From: a virus
DNA length: 64,000 nt
Virus record (IMG/VR): IMGVR_UViG_3300029258_003681
Strand: one strand, 5' to 3'
The notes below the pieces were generated by a model. It had not been told where the DNA came from and searched no databases. It was given only the letters and a program-made list of their open reading frames with translations. Position numbers and translations under genes: made by a program. Of the stretch, positions 50,277 to 59,311 are shown one piece after another (position 1 is the first letter of the stretch; every line of letters starts with the position of its first letter).

Positions 50277-51344
50277 GTGGCAATGAGATGGTTTTTGATT
50301 GCATCTATTTTGGTATTGGGATGTGGCGGTGAATATCCTTTATTGGAGGAGGAGGACGCAGGGGGTGTACAATGGGGAGGACAGAGTATGGGGGATGGAG
50401 GGGGAGATAGTGACACAGAAAGTGGAGAAGAGAATACCGAGGATGATGCGGGCGCTGACGTAAAAGATGGAGGATTAGATGATGACACTGATGCTGACGT
50501 TGATACCGATGCTGATAGCGGCGCTGATACTGATGTTGATATTGACGCTGATATTGATGCAGATGGAGACGCAGACACGGATGCAGACGGTGATAGTGAT
50601 GGGGATAGCGATAGTGATACTGACTCTGATGCTGATAATGATACAGATGTGGATGTAGACACCGACACTGATACCGACACCGACTCAGACGCCGACTCGG
50701 ATACTGATACCGACACCGACACCGATATTGATAGCGACACTGACAGCGACACTGACACTGATACGGATGCGGACGGGGATGTGCCATGCGAGTATTTCTG
50801 CGGACCGAGTCAGGTTTGGTGTTTGGGAACTGGAAACATTGAACATCCTGAGCAGACTTGTCCTGGCACGGACTTTTGTTGCGACATTTCTGGGGGAGGT
50901 GACGCCGACTCTGATACCGATACGGACACGGATACGGACGCTGATAGTGATACTGATGCGGATGCCGACCCGAGGGCGTGTGACGGTGGACGGAAGTTGG
51001 AATCTGGAGGCACAGAGTATTGTTGGCAGCAGTATCCAGCTTCAGCGAGGCCACTAGCTAACGCCATGACGTACTGCGACAATATTGGGCTGGGTGGTCA
51101 CACGGACTGGGATCTTCCAAACTCTGTAGAGGCGCAGATGTTGTTTGACAATTGCGTCAACACAGCCCCTGGGATCTACGACTGCGATTCTTGCGCTGAC
51201 AGCTACAATTGTTCGGAGATGTTTCCAGGTGACACGGAAACCTACTGGCTGGCGGGTCCTGTTGTGAAATTCTTCACTGGCGTGATTACTTACTCGGGAG
51301 GCAGCTCCAGCGAGTACAAGGTGAGATGTGTCCGCGAGATTTAA
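50277..51344 (+). CDS. Lipoprotein with Asp-Thr/Asp-Ala repeats and DUF1566 (Lcl C-terminal)-like domain
   Basis: Lipobox LVLGC; DTDTDTDADSD runs; WQQ...AMTYCDNIGLGGHTDWDLPN. Confidence 0.8.
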   Translation: MAMRWFLIASILVLGCGGEYPLLEEEDAGGVQWGGQSMGDGGGDSDTESGEENTEDDAGADVKDGGLDDDTDADVDTDADSGADTDVDIDADIDADGDADTDADGDSDGDSDSDTDSDADNDTDVDVDTDTDTDTDSDADSDTDTDTDTDIDSDTDSDTDTDTDADGDVPCEYFCGPSQVWCLGTGNIEHPEQTCPGTDFCCDISGGGDADSDTDTDTDTDADSDTDADADPRACDGGRKLESGGTEYCWQQYPASARPLANAMTYCDNIGLGGHTDWDLPNSVEAQMLFDNCVNTAPGIYDCDSCADSYNCSEMFPGDTETYWLAGPVVKFFTGVITYSGGSSSEYKVRCVREI

Positions 51345-51359
51345 CGAGCTTGAGTTCGC
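51344..51359. repeat. 16-bp palindrome copy 8 (ACGAGCTTGAGTTCGC, 2 mismatches)
   Basis: Overlaps lipoprotein stop. Confidence 0.7.
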
Positions 51360-51396
51360 GCTCTATGTGCGGTAGGGTTTTTTATCGGAGGGAGCT

Positions 51397-51612
51397 ATGG
51401 ATCTTTATTTAGTGAGCAAGGCGTCGCAGGACGAGACACGAACGGGTGTGGTAGAGGTTGCCGAGATGACGGTGTTTGGCGTTTTCACGAGTTCGTCGCG
51501 CGCGGCTGATATTGCAGCGAAGCATGATGCGACAGTGACGGAGTTCGATGCGGACAAAGAGGTTTCGCAAACGGTGCAGCGTTGGTTGAATCCTGGCTAT
51601 GTCTCGGGTTGA
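51397..51612 (+). CDS. Hypothetical protein
   Basis: GGAGGGAG RBS; VFGVFTS. Confidence 0.55.
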   Translation: MDLYLVSKASQDETRTGVVEVAEMTVFGVFTSSSRAADIAAKHDATVTEFDADKEVSQTVQRWLNPGYVSG

Positions 51613-51677
51613 TAAATTTTTTTTAATATGGTAAGTCCGTCTAAAAGATATCGCCGATAGATGGCGGGGGATGGACG

Positions 51678-51944
51678 ATGAAAGAAAATATTTCTGAGGT
51701 AATTACTTTGTGGGCAGAGCATGCGGCGCAACCTTTCCAGGGGATGGCAAAAGAGAAAATTGAAAAGCATTTATCCATTGCGATCGGTACTGCGATCCGA
51801 AATGGTGTAGTCGCATTTGAGGGGCTTGCCGATGTGGTGTTCGCGTACAAGTGGAGCAACAAAAATCGGATTACTGTCGAGTTGGATCCGTCGAAGTTTA
51901 CTGGGGACATGCTCATTATCAGGAGTAAAGAGTGGGTGGAATAG
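51678..51944 (+). CDS. Hypothetical protein
   Basis: Operon-packed ORF. Confidence 0.5.
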   Translation: MKENISEVITLWAEHAAQPFQGMAKEKIEKHLSIAIGTAIRNGVVAFEGLADVVFAYKWSNKNRITVELDPSKFTGDMLIIRSKEWVE

Positions 51945-52134
51945 GGATGCTGGAAGCCTTCGAGCTGGCAGAGGCCGTCGGCGATAAGGCATTGACGATT
52001 GATGAGTTATTGTTTGTGGCAGATGCGCGAAAGCGGAAGGGATGCCGCACTTTGAAATCTGCGTTATCCGCCGATGAACGTCGGCGAGTGATGAATCTTG
52101 GGTTGAAATGCAAAGCGTGGAAGGAAGAAAACCG

Positions 52135-52470
52135 ATGAAGAAAAAAGCCGAGAAAAAGAGTGCAAAGAAGAGTGTTGCGAAGAAAAATGTTGTGGAAAAA
52201 TCTGTGTTTCGTCCATTGCATGACAACGTAGTCATCGAGAAGGACACGGCCAATACTGAGGACAAGGTAACAAAGGGCGGTCTTTTCATTCCTGGCTCGG
52301 CTACTCAGCCGCCGAATACTGCGAAAGTGATCGCTGTTGGTCCTGCGGTAGAGGGCCTCAAGGCTAACGATGTCATTGTTGTTGGTACTTTCTCGGGGAC
52401 GAAGGTAGTGGTCAATGACGAGGAATATGTGGTTATCAAATTTGATGATGTCCTGGGCTTGTACGAATAG
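52135..52470 (+). CDS. groES: Co-chaperonin GroES with Lys-rich N-terminal extension
   Basis: FRPLHDNVVI, TKGGLFIP, AKVIAVGP, FSGTKVVVNDEEYVVIKFDDVLG. Confidence 0.9.
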   Translation: MKKKAEKKSAKKSVAKKNVVEKSVFRPLHDNVVIEKDTANTEDKVTKGGLFIPGSATQPPNTAKVIAVGPAVEGLKANDVIVVGTFSGTKVVVNDEEYVVIKFDDVLGLYE

Positions 52471-52483
52471 TGCAACGACCCTG

Positions 52484-52512
52484 TTGACAAACGCCGCAGC
52501 AGCCTTTAACAT
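52484..52512 (+). promoter_or_regulatory. Sigma70-type promoter
   Basis: TTGACA-17 nt-TAACAT. Confidence 0.7.
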
Positions 52513-52548
52513 GTTGGTAGATACTGGACGCGATGCCAGGAGGCGGAT

Positions 52549-52818
52549 ATGAGGTTAAAACACGAGAGCAAGTTGGTTCTTCCGTGGGAGGAGAAGCGCA
52601 AGCGGGTACCGACACCGATCAAGGCGGTTTGGTTCCTGCTTTTGACCATGGCATTTGTTGGGATCTTTTTGAATCAATGTACAGTCCCAGAGGCGAAGGC
52701 GCATCCAGATGTGTCTGGAGAGCGTGAGGTGATTCAGCTGCGTCGGAGGGAGATCAAGGCGCTGGAATCAATAGCTTTGTCGTTGAAGGCTATAGCGAGA
52801 TCGCAAGGGGGACGATAG
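52549..52818 (+). CDS. Single-TM membrane protein
   Basis: AVWFLLLTMAFVGIFL. Confidence 0.55.
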   Translation: MRLKHESKLVLPWEEKRKRVPTPIKAVWFLLLTMAFVGIFLNQCTVPEAKAHPDVSGEREVIQLRRREIKALESIALSLKAIARSQGGR

Positions 52819-53291
52819 TGGGTGCGAATACGAAGTATGGTTTTTGTCGAGGATGCAAGAAGTGGGTTCCCCGTGATGAGATGCTCTCGATAAATGTGAG
52901 TGTGTACGATGCCCAAAATAACGAGCGTCGAATTCCTTTGCGGTTCTGTCCATCTTGTCACAAGAAAAAGATAGAGGAGACAGAGGAGCTGAGGTGGGAC
53001 AATGTTCTGAAGATTGAGGTAGAGATCAAAACCAACAAGGATCTGGCGGCTCAGTCGGACCTTGAATTCGATCCAAATATTGATGTGAGTGAAATTGCTG
53101 CGGCGTGGAGCAGGGATGCTGCTAGGCAAATTGTCAGACCAGTACCGAAGGCAATTCCTGCGGAGTCTGCGAGGGTGGAAAGGCCCGAAAAGAAGAAGGA
53201 AGGAAAACCAAAGCGGCGAAAGTTGGACCCGAAGGATGATTCCGAGGCGGCCATGCGTCGGCGAGGAAAAAGGGTGGATATAAACTACTAG
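52818..53291 (+). CDS. Zn-finger hypothetical (GTG start)
   Basis: CRGC...CPSC. Confidence 0.55.
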   Translation: MGANTKYGFCRGCKKWVPRDEMLSINVSVYDAQNNERRIPLRFCPSCHKKKIEETEELRWDNVLKIEVEIKTNKDLAAQSDLEFDPNIDVSEIAAAWSRDAARQIVRPVPKAIPAESARVERPEKKKEGKPKRRKLDPKDDSEAAMRRRGKRVDINY

Positions 53292-53338
53292 TTTTATTTC
53301 CCAATTGATACGTCGCGGGATGCGGCGAGGGAGGATTC

Positions 53339-53890
53339 ATGGAAAGGTTGGAAGTGTTCAAAGAGGAGATCTTGTCGATGAATGCCCGTAAGCGGAGACT
53401 TCAAGATGAGATCGATAAAATTGACGGTCGTATCCAGGTTCTCAGGGAGATCATCAATGATGGCTCGACAACGGAGCGGTCGCGGGTGAGGGCTGGGTTG
53501 TTTCCTCGGGGTGAGCTTCCTACGCACTTGCTGGCTGTTGTGGAGGAGTCGGATCGGCCCCTTGATTCAAAAGAAGTCGCGAAGATCTTAAAGATGCGCC
53601 ATTCGTGTCTGAAGGATGTTCCCCTGAAAAACATTGAGCAGGCTGCGTCGTCGGGCCTGTCGGATTTGTGCAAGAGGCACCGTCGTTTGAAGGCAGAAAA
53701 GGGGCCTGGTCGTCTGCTTCGTTACTCGGCGGCGCTTCCTCCTCTTGACGGCACTCTTGTTGTGTCTCACGATCACATTGGGATGATCCCCCCAATGCCT
53801 CACGATGAGAAAGCCCCACAGACCGACGAGGATGGCTTTGTGGACCCCGACTCGGTCCTTGGCGCCCCTGATGAGGGGCAGCATGAGTAA
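53339..53890 (+). CDS. Coiled-coil plus winged-HTH-like protein
   Basis: LLAVVEESDRPLDSKEVAKIL...SSGLSDL. Confidence 0.5.
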   Translation: MERLEVFKEEILSMNARKRRLQDEIDKIDGRIQVLREIINDGSTTERSRVRAGLFPRGELPTHLLAVVEESDRPLDSKEVAKILKMRHSCLKDVPLKNIEQAASSGLSDLCKRHRRLKAEKGPGRLLRYSAALPPLDGTLVVSHDHIGMIPPMPHDEKAPQTDEDGFVDPDSVLGAPDEGQHE

Positions 53891-55067
53891 GCCCAAAATA
53901 CTGGTCACAGGGGGGCCTGTCGCGGCCAATCTGGATGCGGTGAAGCTCATCACGAATCGCTTCAAGGGTGGGCGCATGATGGGCTTGGCGCATAGTCTTG
54001 GCAATCGGGGAGCCAATGTTACGTATCTCGCCAGCGAGCTTCCGAAATATGACGGTCCACTTAGTAGCAATGTGGAGTGGATAAAGCATAGTGGGTTCGA
54101 TCACTACATGAATATTGTGCAGGTCCATGCGCGCGATTATAACGTGATCGTCCTTGGGGCAGCGGTGGCGAATCTGATCCCCGATAAGCGGTGGCAGGAG
54201 CTGATGCTCAAAGATGGCAAGTTTCCCTCGCACAATTATGAGGAGGACGATCCTGTGCCGATTCTTTTTCGGATCGCGCCGAGGATTATCAATCGTGTGC
54301 GCGAGGTGGCTCCTTACGCGAAGCTGGTCGGTTTCAAGCTTCTCAGCGGGGTTGCTCATGACGAGCTTATTCGTGCGGCGCAGCTGACCCAGAGGGAGGC
54401 GAGGGCGCATCTTGTGGTTGCCAATGACGCGAAGAATCTTAATGAGAAATTCGGAGTGACGCCAGAGGGCGGAGAGTTTTGCATTGAGAATCTTGCCGAA
54501 ACCATTTACGACATGGCGAAAGATAAGCATTATACGTCTGTACCTGCCAGCTTGGATCTTGGGTCTTTTTACGATGAGGGGCTTGAGCATGAGGAGCCTG
54601 TGGTTGATGCTTTGAATCGTCTGAAGGATGTTGCAGAGGGATATGAGCCAGAGCTGCTCATGGGAAAGCAGTCCAATGGAATGATATTTGGCTGCGTTGC
54701 TGTTCGCGTGATGGATGGCACAGGGCGCTTTGTGATCTCTGCCCGAGGCAAAAAGAACATCAAAGAGGCGACGGTTGTTTGTCGGGTGGATCACGAGAAG
54801 CGAAGATTGGTAGTGGGGGGTGGCACGGCCAAAGCGTCGTTGAATGCTCCGTTGATTGATCAAATCTTCAAGAAGGTTCCCGATGCGAATGTAGTGGTTC
54901 ACTGGCACGATCATGGATCTGATTCAGCTGCCTTTTCATACAGCTTGCCATATGCACAGCCAGGAACGGTACGAGATTCGCTTCGGGATTTCCCAGTGGA
55001 ATGGGGGGATGATGGGCGCATTTGGTTCGCGATTGCTGGGCATGGTGAGTTTAGGGTGATGAAATGA
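53883..55067 (+). CDS. CoaB/DFP C-terminal (phosphopantothenate-cysteine ligase-like) domain fused to class II aldolase/adducin-like domain
   Basis: KILVTGGP...DAVKLITN, GAAVAN, LVGFKL, LVVAND; C-terminal FVISARGK, KASLNAPL, VVVHWHDH. Confidence 0.75.
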   Translation: MSKPKILVTGGPVAANLDAVKLITNRFKGGRMMGLAHSLGNRGANVTYLASELPKYDGPLSSNVEWIKHSGFDHYMNIVQVHARDYNVIVLGAAVANLIPDKRWQELMLKDGKFPSHNYEEDDPVPILFRIAPRIINRVREVAPYAKLVGFKLLSGVAHDELIRAAQLTQREARAHLVVANDAKNLNEKFGVTPEGGEFCIENLAETIYDMAKDKHYTSVPASLDLGSFYDEGLEHEEPVVDALNRLKDVAEGYEPELLMGKQSNGMIFGCVAVRVMDGTGRFVISARGKKNIKEATVVCRVDHEKRRLVVGGGTAKASLNAPLIDQIFKKVPDANVVVHWHDHGSDSAAFSYSLPYAQPGTVRDSLRDFPVEWGDDGRIWFAIAGHGEFRVMK

Positions 55068-55783
55068 TAAATGATTTCATAAACATGGATGCTCCTGACT
55101 ACGAGCGGTTGTACGCCAGATTTCTGAAACGCCCCATTGATGATCTGCTTTTGGCTGTTGGGCCGATCGAGGGCAAGCGAGTGCTTGACCTGTGCGCGGG
55201 AGGGTTGCGCGCGAGCGTGCGCGCGAAGGAGCTGGGTGCCGCATATGTTTGTGCTGTTGACATCTCGTCATCAATGTTGTGGTCGCCTAGCATAGAGAAC
55301 CGATGGAAGGCTGAGAGCCTCCCCGATGTGCGTGTGGTTGCGGACATTTCGAAGTGGGGACGGACGGAGTCTTTCTCTCCATATTTGAGCAATACTTTAT
55401 TTTTTGATTTGGTTGTTTGCCAGCAGGGGGTGAATTATTGGTGGGGCAAATATGCCGTGGCGAATATTGCGGCATCTATGAAGGAAGACGGGTGTTTTGT
55501 TTTCAATACGTTTGTCCAGCGTCCTGACGAGGTCCCCAAGAGGAGAGAGTATGAGATTGATGGGCGATCCTATACTGAAGTGAGCTGGCTCGTTGGCGAC
55601 ATCGTTGTGCATGTCCAAACGTGTGAAGGCGAGTCGCACTCCTCAACCTTTCGCTGGATTCCTCATGGTGAGTTCGTGGATGTTTTGAAGATGCATTTTT
55701 CGGATATTGAGACTCTCTATGATGATAGGTGCCGCTCCATAATTTATGTTTGTCGGAAGGGGTTGACTAACGCAGGCGACTAG
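55064..55783 (+). CDS. Class I SAM-dependent methyltransferase
   Basis: VLDLCAGG, AVDIS, FDLVVCQQGVNYW. Confidence 0.85.
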   Translation: MINDFINMDAPDYERLYARFLKRPIDDLLLAVGPIEGKRVLDLCAGGLRASVRAKELGAAYVCAVDISSSMLWSPSIENRWKAESLPDVRVVADISKWGRTESFSPYLSNTLFFDLVVCQQGVNYWWGKYAVANIAASMKEDGCFVFNTFVQRPDEVPKRREYEIDGRSYTEVSWLVGDIVVHVQTCEGESHSSTFRWIPHGEFVDVLKMHFSDIETLYDDRCRSIIYVCRKGLTNAGD

Positions 55784-55790
55784 GTAATAT
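55763..55790 (+). promoter_or_regulatory. Sigma70-type promoter
   Basis: TTGACT-16 nt-TAATAT. Confidence 0.6.
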
Positions 55791-55837
55791 GGTGGCGTTG
55801 CGAAGATACTCGCTAAGATGGCGAGGAGGAGGATTTG

Positions 55838-56569
55838 ATGGGTAGGCCAGTCCAGGAAGTGGAAAAAATTGACACATTGATGCATGAGGACTCAAGAGAG
55901 ACGCACCCAGCGTTTGGTCAGATCCTCGTTTCCAAGCGTCAGCATGGCGGGAATTGCAGGCTCTACGGCACCCCGCTCGATTTTCATCCGACTACAGTGT
56001 GCATCACCGTCAAGCGATCCGAGCGTATTCACGGGCTCTCCTATGACCGATACCATGGAAGACTCAGGGATCAGCTGATCGAGGTCGAGATGTCGGCGGC
56101 GCAGTTCACTGAGATGCTAATGGGGATGAACGAGGGGGACGGTATCCCCTGCACGATTCGTTCGACGGAAACCGAGCCGATGGTTCCTGGGATTCCTGAT
56201 CATGACATGAACGAGGTCGAGCGGATCGAGGAGCAGTTCACGGCCGAAGTTGGGGAACTGAGCGCCAAAGTTGATGAGATGGAGAATCGTGCCAGGGATA
56301 TCCTTTCGCAGCCTCGACTCAAGAAGGCGGATCGCCAGGAGTTGCTTGGGATCATTGGCCGCATTACGCAGTTTTACGGCAGCCACTCTCCGTTCGTGAT
56401 GAAGCAATTCCGTGAGGCGGTGCAGAAGGGTGTCAATGTGGCGAAGCGTGAGCTGGACGCCTTCATTGGCGTAGTGGCGGCAGAGACGGGACTGGAGGCT
56501 CTTCGGAAGCTTTCGGTGCCTGATCAGATACGAAAGTTGACAGGAAAAACGGTGGACGAGGAGGAGTAG
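55838..56569 (+). CDS. Hypothetical phage protein
   Basis: HPAFGQI...LIEVEMSAAQF...GDGIPCTI; GAGGAGGAGG RBS. Confidence 0.65.
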   Translation: MGRPVQEVEKIDTLMHEDSRETHPAFGQILVSKRQHGGNCRLYGTPLDFHPTTVCITVKRSERIHGLSYDRYHGRLRDQLIEVEMSAAQFTEMLMGMNEGDGIPCTIRSTETEPMVPGIPDHDMNEVERIEEQFTAEVGELSAKVDEMENRARDILSQPRLKKADRQELLGIIGRITQFYGSHSPFVMKQFREAVQKGVNVAKRELDAFIGVVAAETGLEALRKLSVPDQIRKLTGKTVDEEE

Positions 56570-56800
56570 ATGCAGCTGAAGTGTCCACGATGTCGGAAGC
56601 GTATTTTGAGTTGGAAGATGATAGGTGGAATGCGTCTTCTTCATAGCTATAAGAATGGGAAGCTTTTCTATCAGGTTACGTGTTCCAAATGTGGCAGTTG
56701 GAAGATGAGTCAAAAGACCGAACAAAAGCTCCGAGCGAGAGCCGAGAGCATAGAACAACGCTGCAAATGCTGTGGTGTTAAGAAAGGAAAAAGAAGATGA
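56570..56800 (+). CDS. Small Zn-ribbon protein
   Basis: CPRC, CSKC, CKCC. Confidence 0.55.
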   Translation: MQLKCPRCRKRILSWKMIGGMRLLHSYKNGKLFYQVTCSKCGSWKMSQKTEQKLRARAESIEQRCKCCGVKKGKRR

Positions 56801-57597
56801 AGAGTGTACATCTGTTACTGATCGACCCTCAGTTTGACTTCTGTGACCCTGCGGGATCCCTCTGCGTTCCTGGTGCGGATCAGGACATGGATCGAGTGGC
56901 CGAGATGATCAGGCGGGTCGGCGGCAAGTTGGCGGATATCCATGTCACATTGGATCAGCATCATCTTCTGGATGTCGCCCATCCGCTGATGTGGCGCGAC
57001 AAGGATGGCAACCCGCCACCTCCCTTCACGATCATCACAGCGAAGGACATCGAGGAAGGAAACTGGACGCCAGTTCGTCCTTCTTTCACGCGCAAGATGA
57101 TCGAGTATGCCAAGGGGTTGGAGTTTAGTGGACGCTATCCTCTTTGTATCTGGCCTCCGCACTGCTTGATCGGGACTCTTGGCGCGACGATGGTGGATTC
57201 GATTCGTGTGGCTCTTGATGCATGGGTCAACGACAGCCCAGCGATCGTGGACTTCGTGTCCAAGGGATCCAACATCTGGACCGAGCACTACTCGGGCGTG
57301 AAGGCCGAGGTTCCCGATCCTGGCGATCCGAGCACTCAGCTCAATACGCGGCTGATTCAGACGCTGGAGGAGGCCGACGAGATCCTGATTGCGGGAGAGG
57401 CGGGATCGCACTGCCTGGCGAACACGGTGCGGGATATCGCAGATGGTTTTTCCGACGACAGTCTCATTGCCAAGTTTGTGCTGATCACGGACGGCACGAG
57501 CCCCGTTCCTGGGTTCGAGAATTTGCAGGGCGATTTCATCACCGAGATGACGGGGCGTGGCATGAGGACGATCACGGCAGACGAGGTGTTGAGATAA
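56797..57597 (+). CDS. pncA: Nicotinamidase (isochorismatase / cysteine hydrolase family)
   Basis: LLIDPQFDFC, DQHH...HP, WPPHC, SKG, EHYS, AGEAGSHCLANTV. Confidence 0.8.
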   Translation: MKSVHLLLIDPQFDFCDPAGSLCVPGADQDMDRVAEMIRRVGGKLADIHVTLDQHHLLDVAHPLMWRDKDGNPPPPFTIITAKDIEEGNWTPVRPSFTRKMIEYAKGLEFSGRYPLCIWPPHCLIGTLGATMVDSIRVALDAWVNDSPAIVDFVSKGSNIWTEHYSGVKAEVPDPGDPSTQLNTRLIQTLEEADEILIAGEAGSHCLANTVRDIADGFSDDSLIAKFVLITDGTSPVPGFENLQGDFITEMTGRGMRTITADEVLR

Positions 57598-57649
57598 GCG
57601 GTTGAAAACCAAGGACGGTTCCCGAGGGAGCCTTGTGAAAGGATGAAAG

Positions 57650-58405
57650 ATGCCAAAGTTGAATGATGACAGTTTGATGGAGGAGCGGACGCTCCCCAAT
57701 GCTTCCTTCGGGTACAGCGCGACTCGAATCGAGGAGCTAGGCGCAACAGAATACACGACGGTCGACCTGATCGTGGATGTGAGCGGCAGCGTGGATGCTT
57801 ACGCGAAAGACATGGAGAAGGCGATCCAGGAGATCGTCAATGCCTGCAAACTCTCGCCACGGGCTGACAACCTGATGATCCGTTTCGTGACTTTCAACCA
57901 GCGGATGGCCGAAATTCACGGCTACAAGTTGCTGGAGAATTGCAACCTTTCCGACTACGACAATGTTCTCTCTTGCTACGGCGGGACGGCCCTGTTTGAC
58001 GCGGCAGAGAACGCGGTTCTGTCGGCGGTCGACTATGCTAAGAGCCTCACCGACAACGACTTCGCGGTGAACAGCATCGTGTTTTTCCTCACGGACGGGG
58101 ACGACAATAGCTCGGCGGTGAGCGCGAACGCGGTGAAGATGGCCCTGGAAGAGGCGACTCGATCTGAGGCGACAGAGAGCATGGTGTCGATTCTGATCGG
58201 TGTCGGCGTGGGAGGATATGCTGACATAAGCAAGTTCCTGAAGAAGTTCGAGCAGGATGCGGAGCTGACTCAGTACGTCGAGACCAAGGATGCGAACGCG
58301 AAGACGCTGGCCAAGCTTGCCGAGTTTGTGAGCAAGTCAATCAGCGCGCAAAGTCAAGCGCTTGGAACAGGTGGGCCGTCGCAGCCCACTTCGTTGAGCA
58401 TCTGA
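57650..58405 (+). CDS. vWA domain protein (TerY/YegL-like)
   Basis: DVSGS MIDAS, GGTALFDA, FFLTDGDD. Confidence 0.85.
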   Translation: MPKLNDDSLMEERTLPNASFGYSATRIEELGATEYTTVDLIVDVSGSVDAYAKDMEKAIQEIVNACKLSPRADNLMIRFVTFNQRMAEIHGYKLLENCNLSDYDNVLSCYGGTALFDAAENAVLSAVDYAKSLTDNDFAVNSIVFFLTDGDDNSSAVSANAVKMALEEATRSEATESMVSILIGVGVGGYADISKFLKKFEQDAELTQYVETKDANAKTLAKLAEFVSKSISAQSQALGTGGPSQPTSLSI

Positions 58406-59124
58406 TGGCCAAGAAAAAATACCAGCCTGAATTCACCGATCTGACCGCGATCACGCGAAACGCGGATCGGCAGAGGACTGTAGTGATCCTGGAGGACCCA
58501 CACCGAGACAACCGCATGAAGTGGCTGGAATTCGGAGAGTGTCGGTTGCGTCGGATCGAGGGGCGTGAGCATGCCGAGTACGAGCTGCACGCGTTTCTGA
58601 TGCGGGGGGTGACCGATGGCGAGCACGACTCCGCGTGCGCTGTAAACCTGCCCCTGATCGGGGTGGAGTTCAGGGGGATCGAATACCAGCAGGCGACAAT
58701 CACGGCGTTTGTGTCCCTGGAGGGTGGCGAGCCATATCCCAACTTCCGAGTGCCGAGGCCAGGGTACAATCCGATGGAGCAAGAGGATGCGGCGCCGTGC
58801 GACAGCAAGCACTGCAAGGACGATCCGCACATCATCGTGTCCGATAGGTTCTATATGCCAGATTTCGATCCCGAGTTGTACGCGGCGGTTGCTGGGAGGC
58901 GCGTGAGGATCTCGATTGGTCCGAATCCGAATGAGAAGGAGGATGAGGTGCGGCGATTGACCAGGGAGATGATTTTCTTCAGGCATCTCGCAGGGGATAT
59001 GGCGCTTGAAATCAGGGGGCTGAGAAGCACCGAGCCTGACCCAGGCGTAGTCATCAAGCAGTACATACAGAGGGCTGCGGAGAGGGGTATTTTTCTCAAC
59101 GGGAGAGATGAAGATGCAGACTAA
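58405..59124 (+). CDS. Hypothetical protein
   Basis: TGATG overlap with vWA gene; no recognised motif. Confidence 0.6.
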   Translation: MAKKKYQPEFTDLTAITRNADRQRTVVILEDPHRDNRMKWLEFGECRLRRIEGREHAEYELHAFLMRGVTDGEHDSACAVNLPLIGVEFRGIEYQQATITAFVSLEGGEPYPNFRVPRPGYNPMEQEDAAPCDSKHCKDDPHIIVSDRFYMPDFDPELYAAVAGRRVRISIGPNPNEKEDEVRRLTREMIFFRHLAGDMALEIRGLRSTEPDPGVVIKQYIQRAAERGIFLNGRDEDAD

Positions 59125-59311
59125 TTTGGTACAGATTGCTCGCTGCGAGGCTTTCGACATCGTTCCCACCGAGGATGATGCGGAGGATGTGCGGTGCTCG
59201 AACATGGGGGTGAGGATCTTGGAGACCAACGAGTTCGGGCATCTACGACTGCGGTACGTTTGCAGGGATCACGGCTACGAGACGGGATTGGAGTACACCG
59301 ATGCAAGCTGA
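59108..59311 (+). CDS. Small hypothetical
   Basis: Overlaps both neighbours. Confidence 0.45.
   Translation: MKMQTNLVQIARCEAFDIVPTEDDAEDVRCSNMGVRILETNEFGHLRLRYVCRDHGYETGLEYTDAS

Noticed and set aside
50800-51344. Diversity-generating retroelement targeting the DUF1566/lectin-like domain or the fibres
   Set aside because: No reverse transcriptase and no adenine-variant template repeat seen in the window
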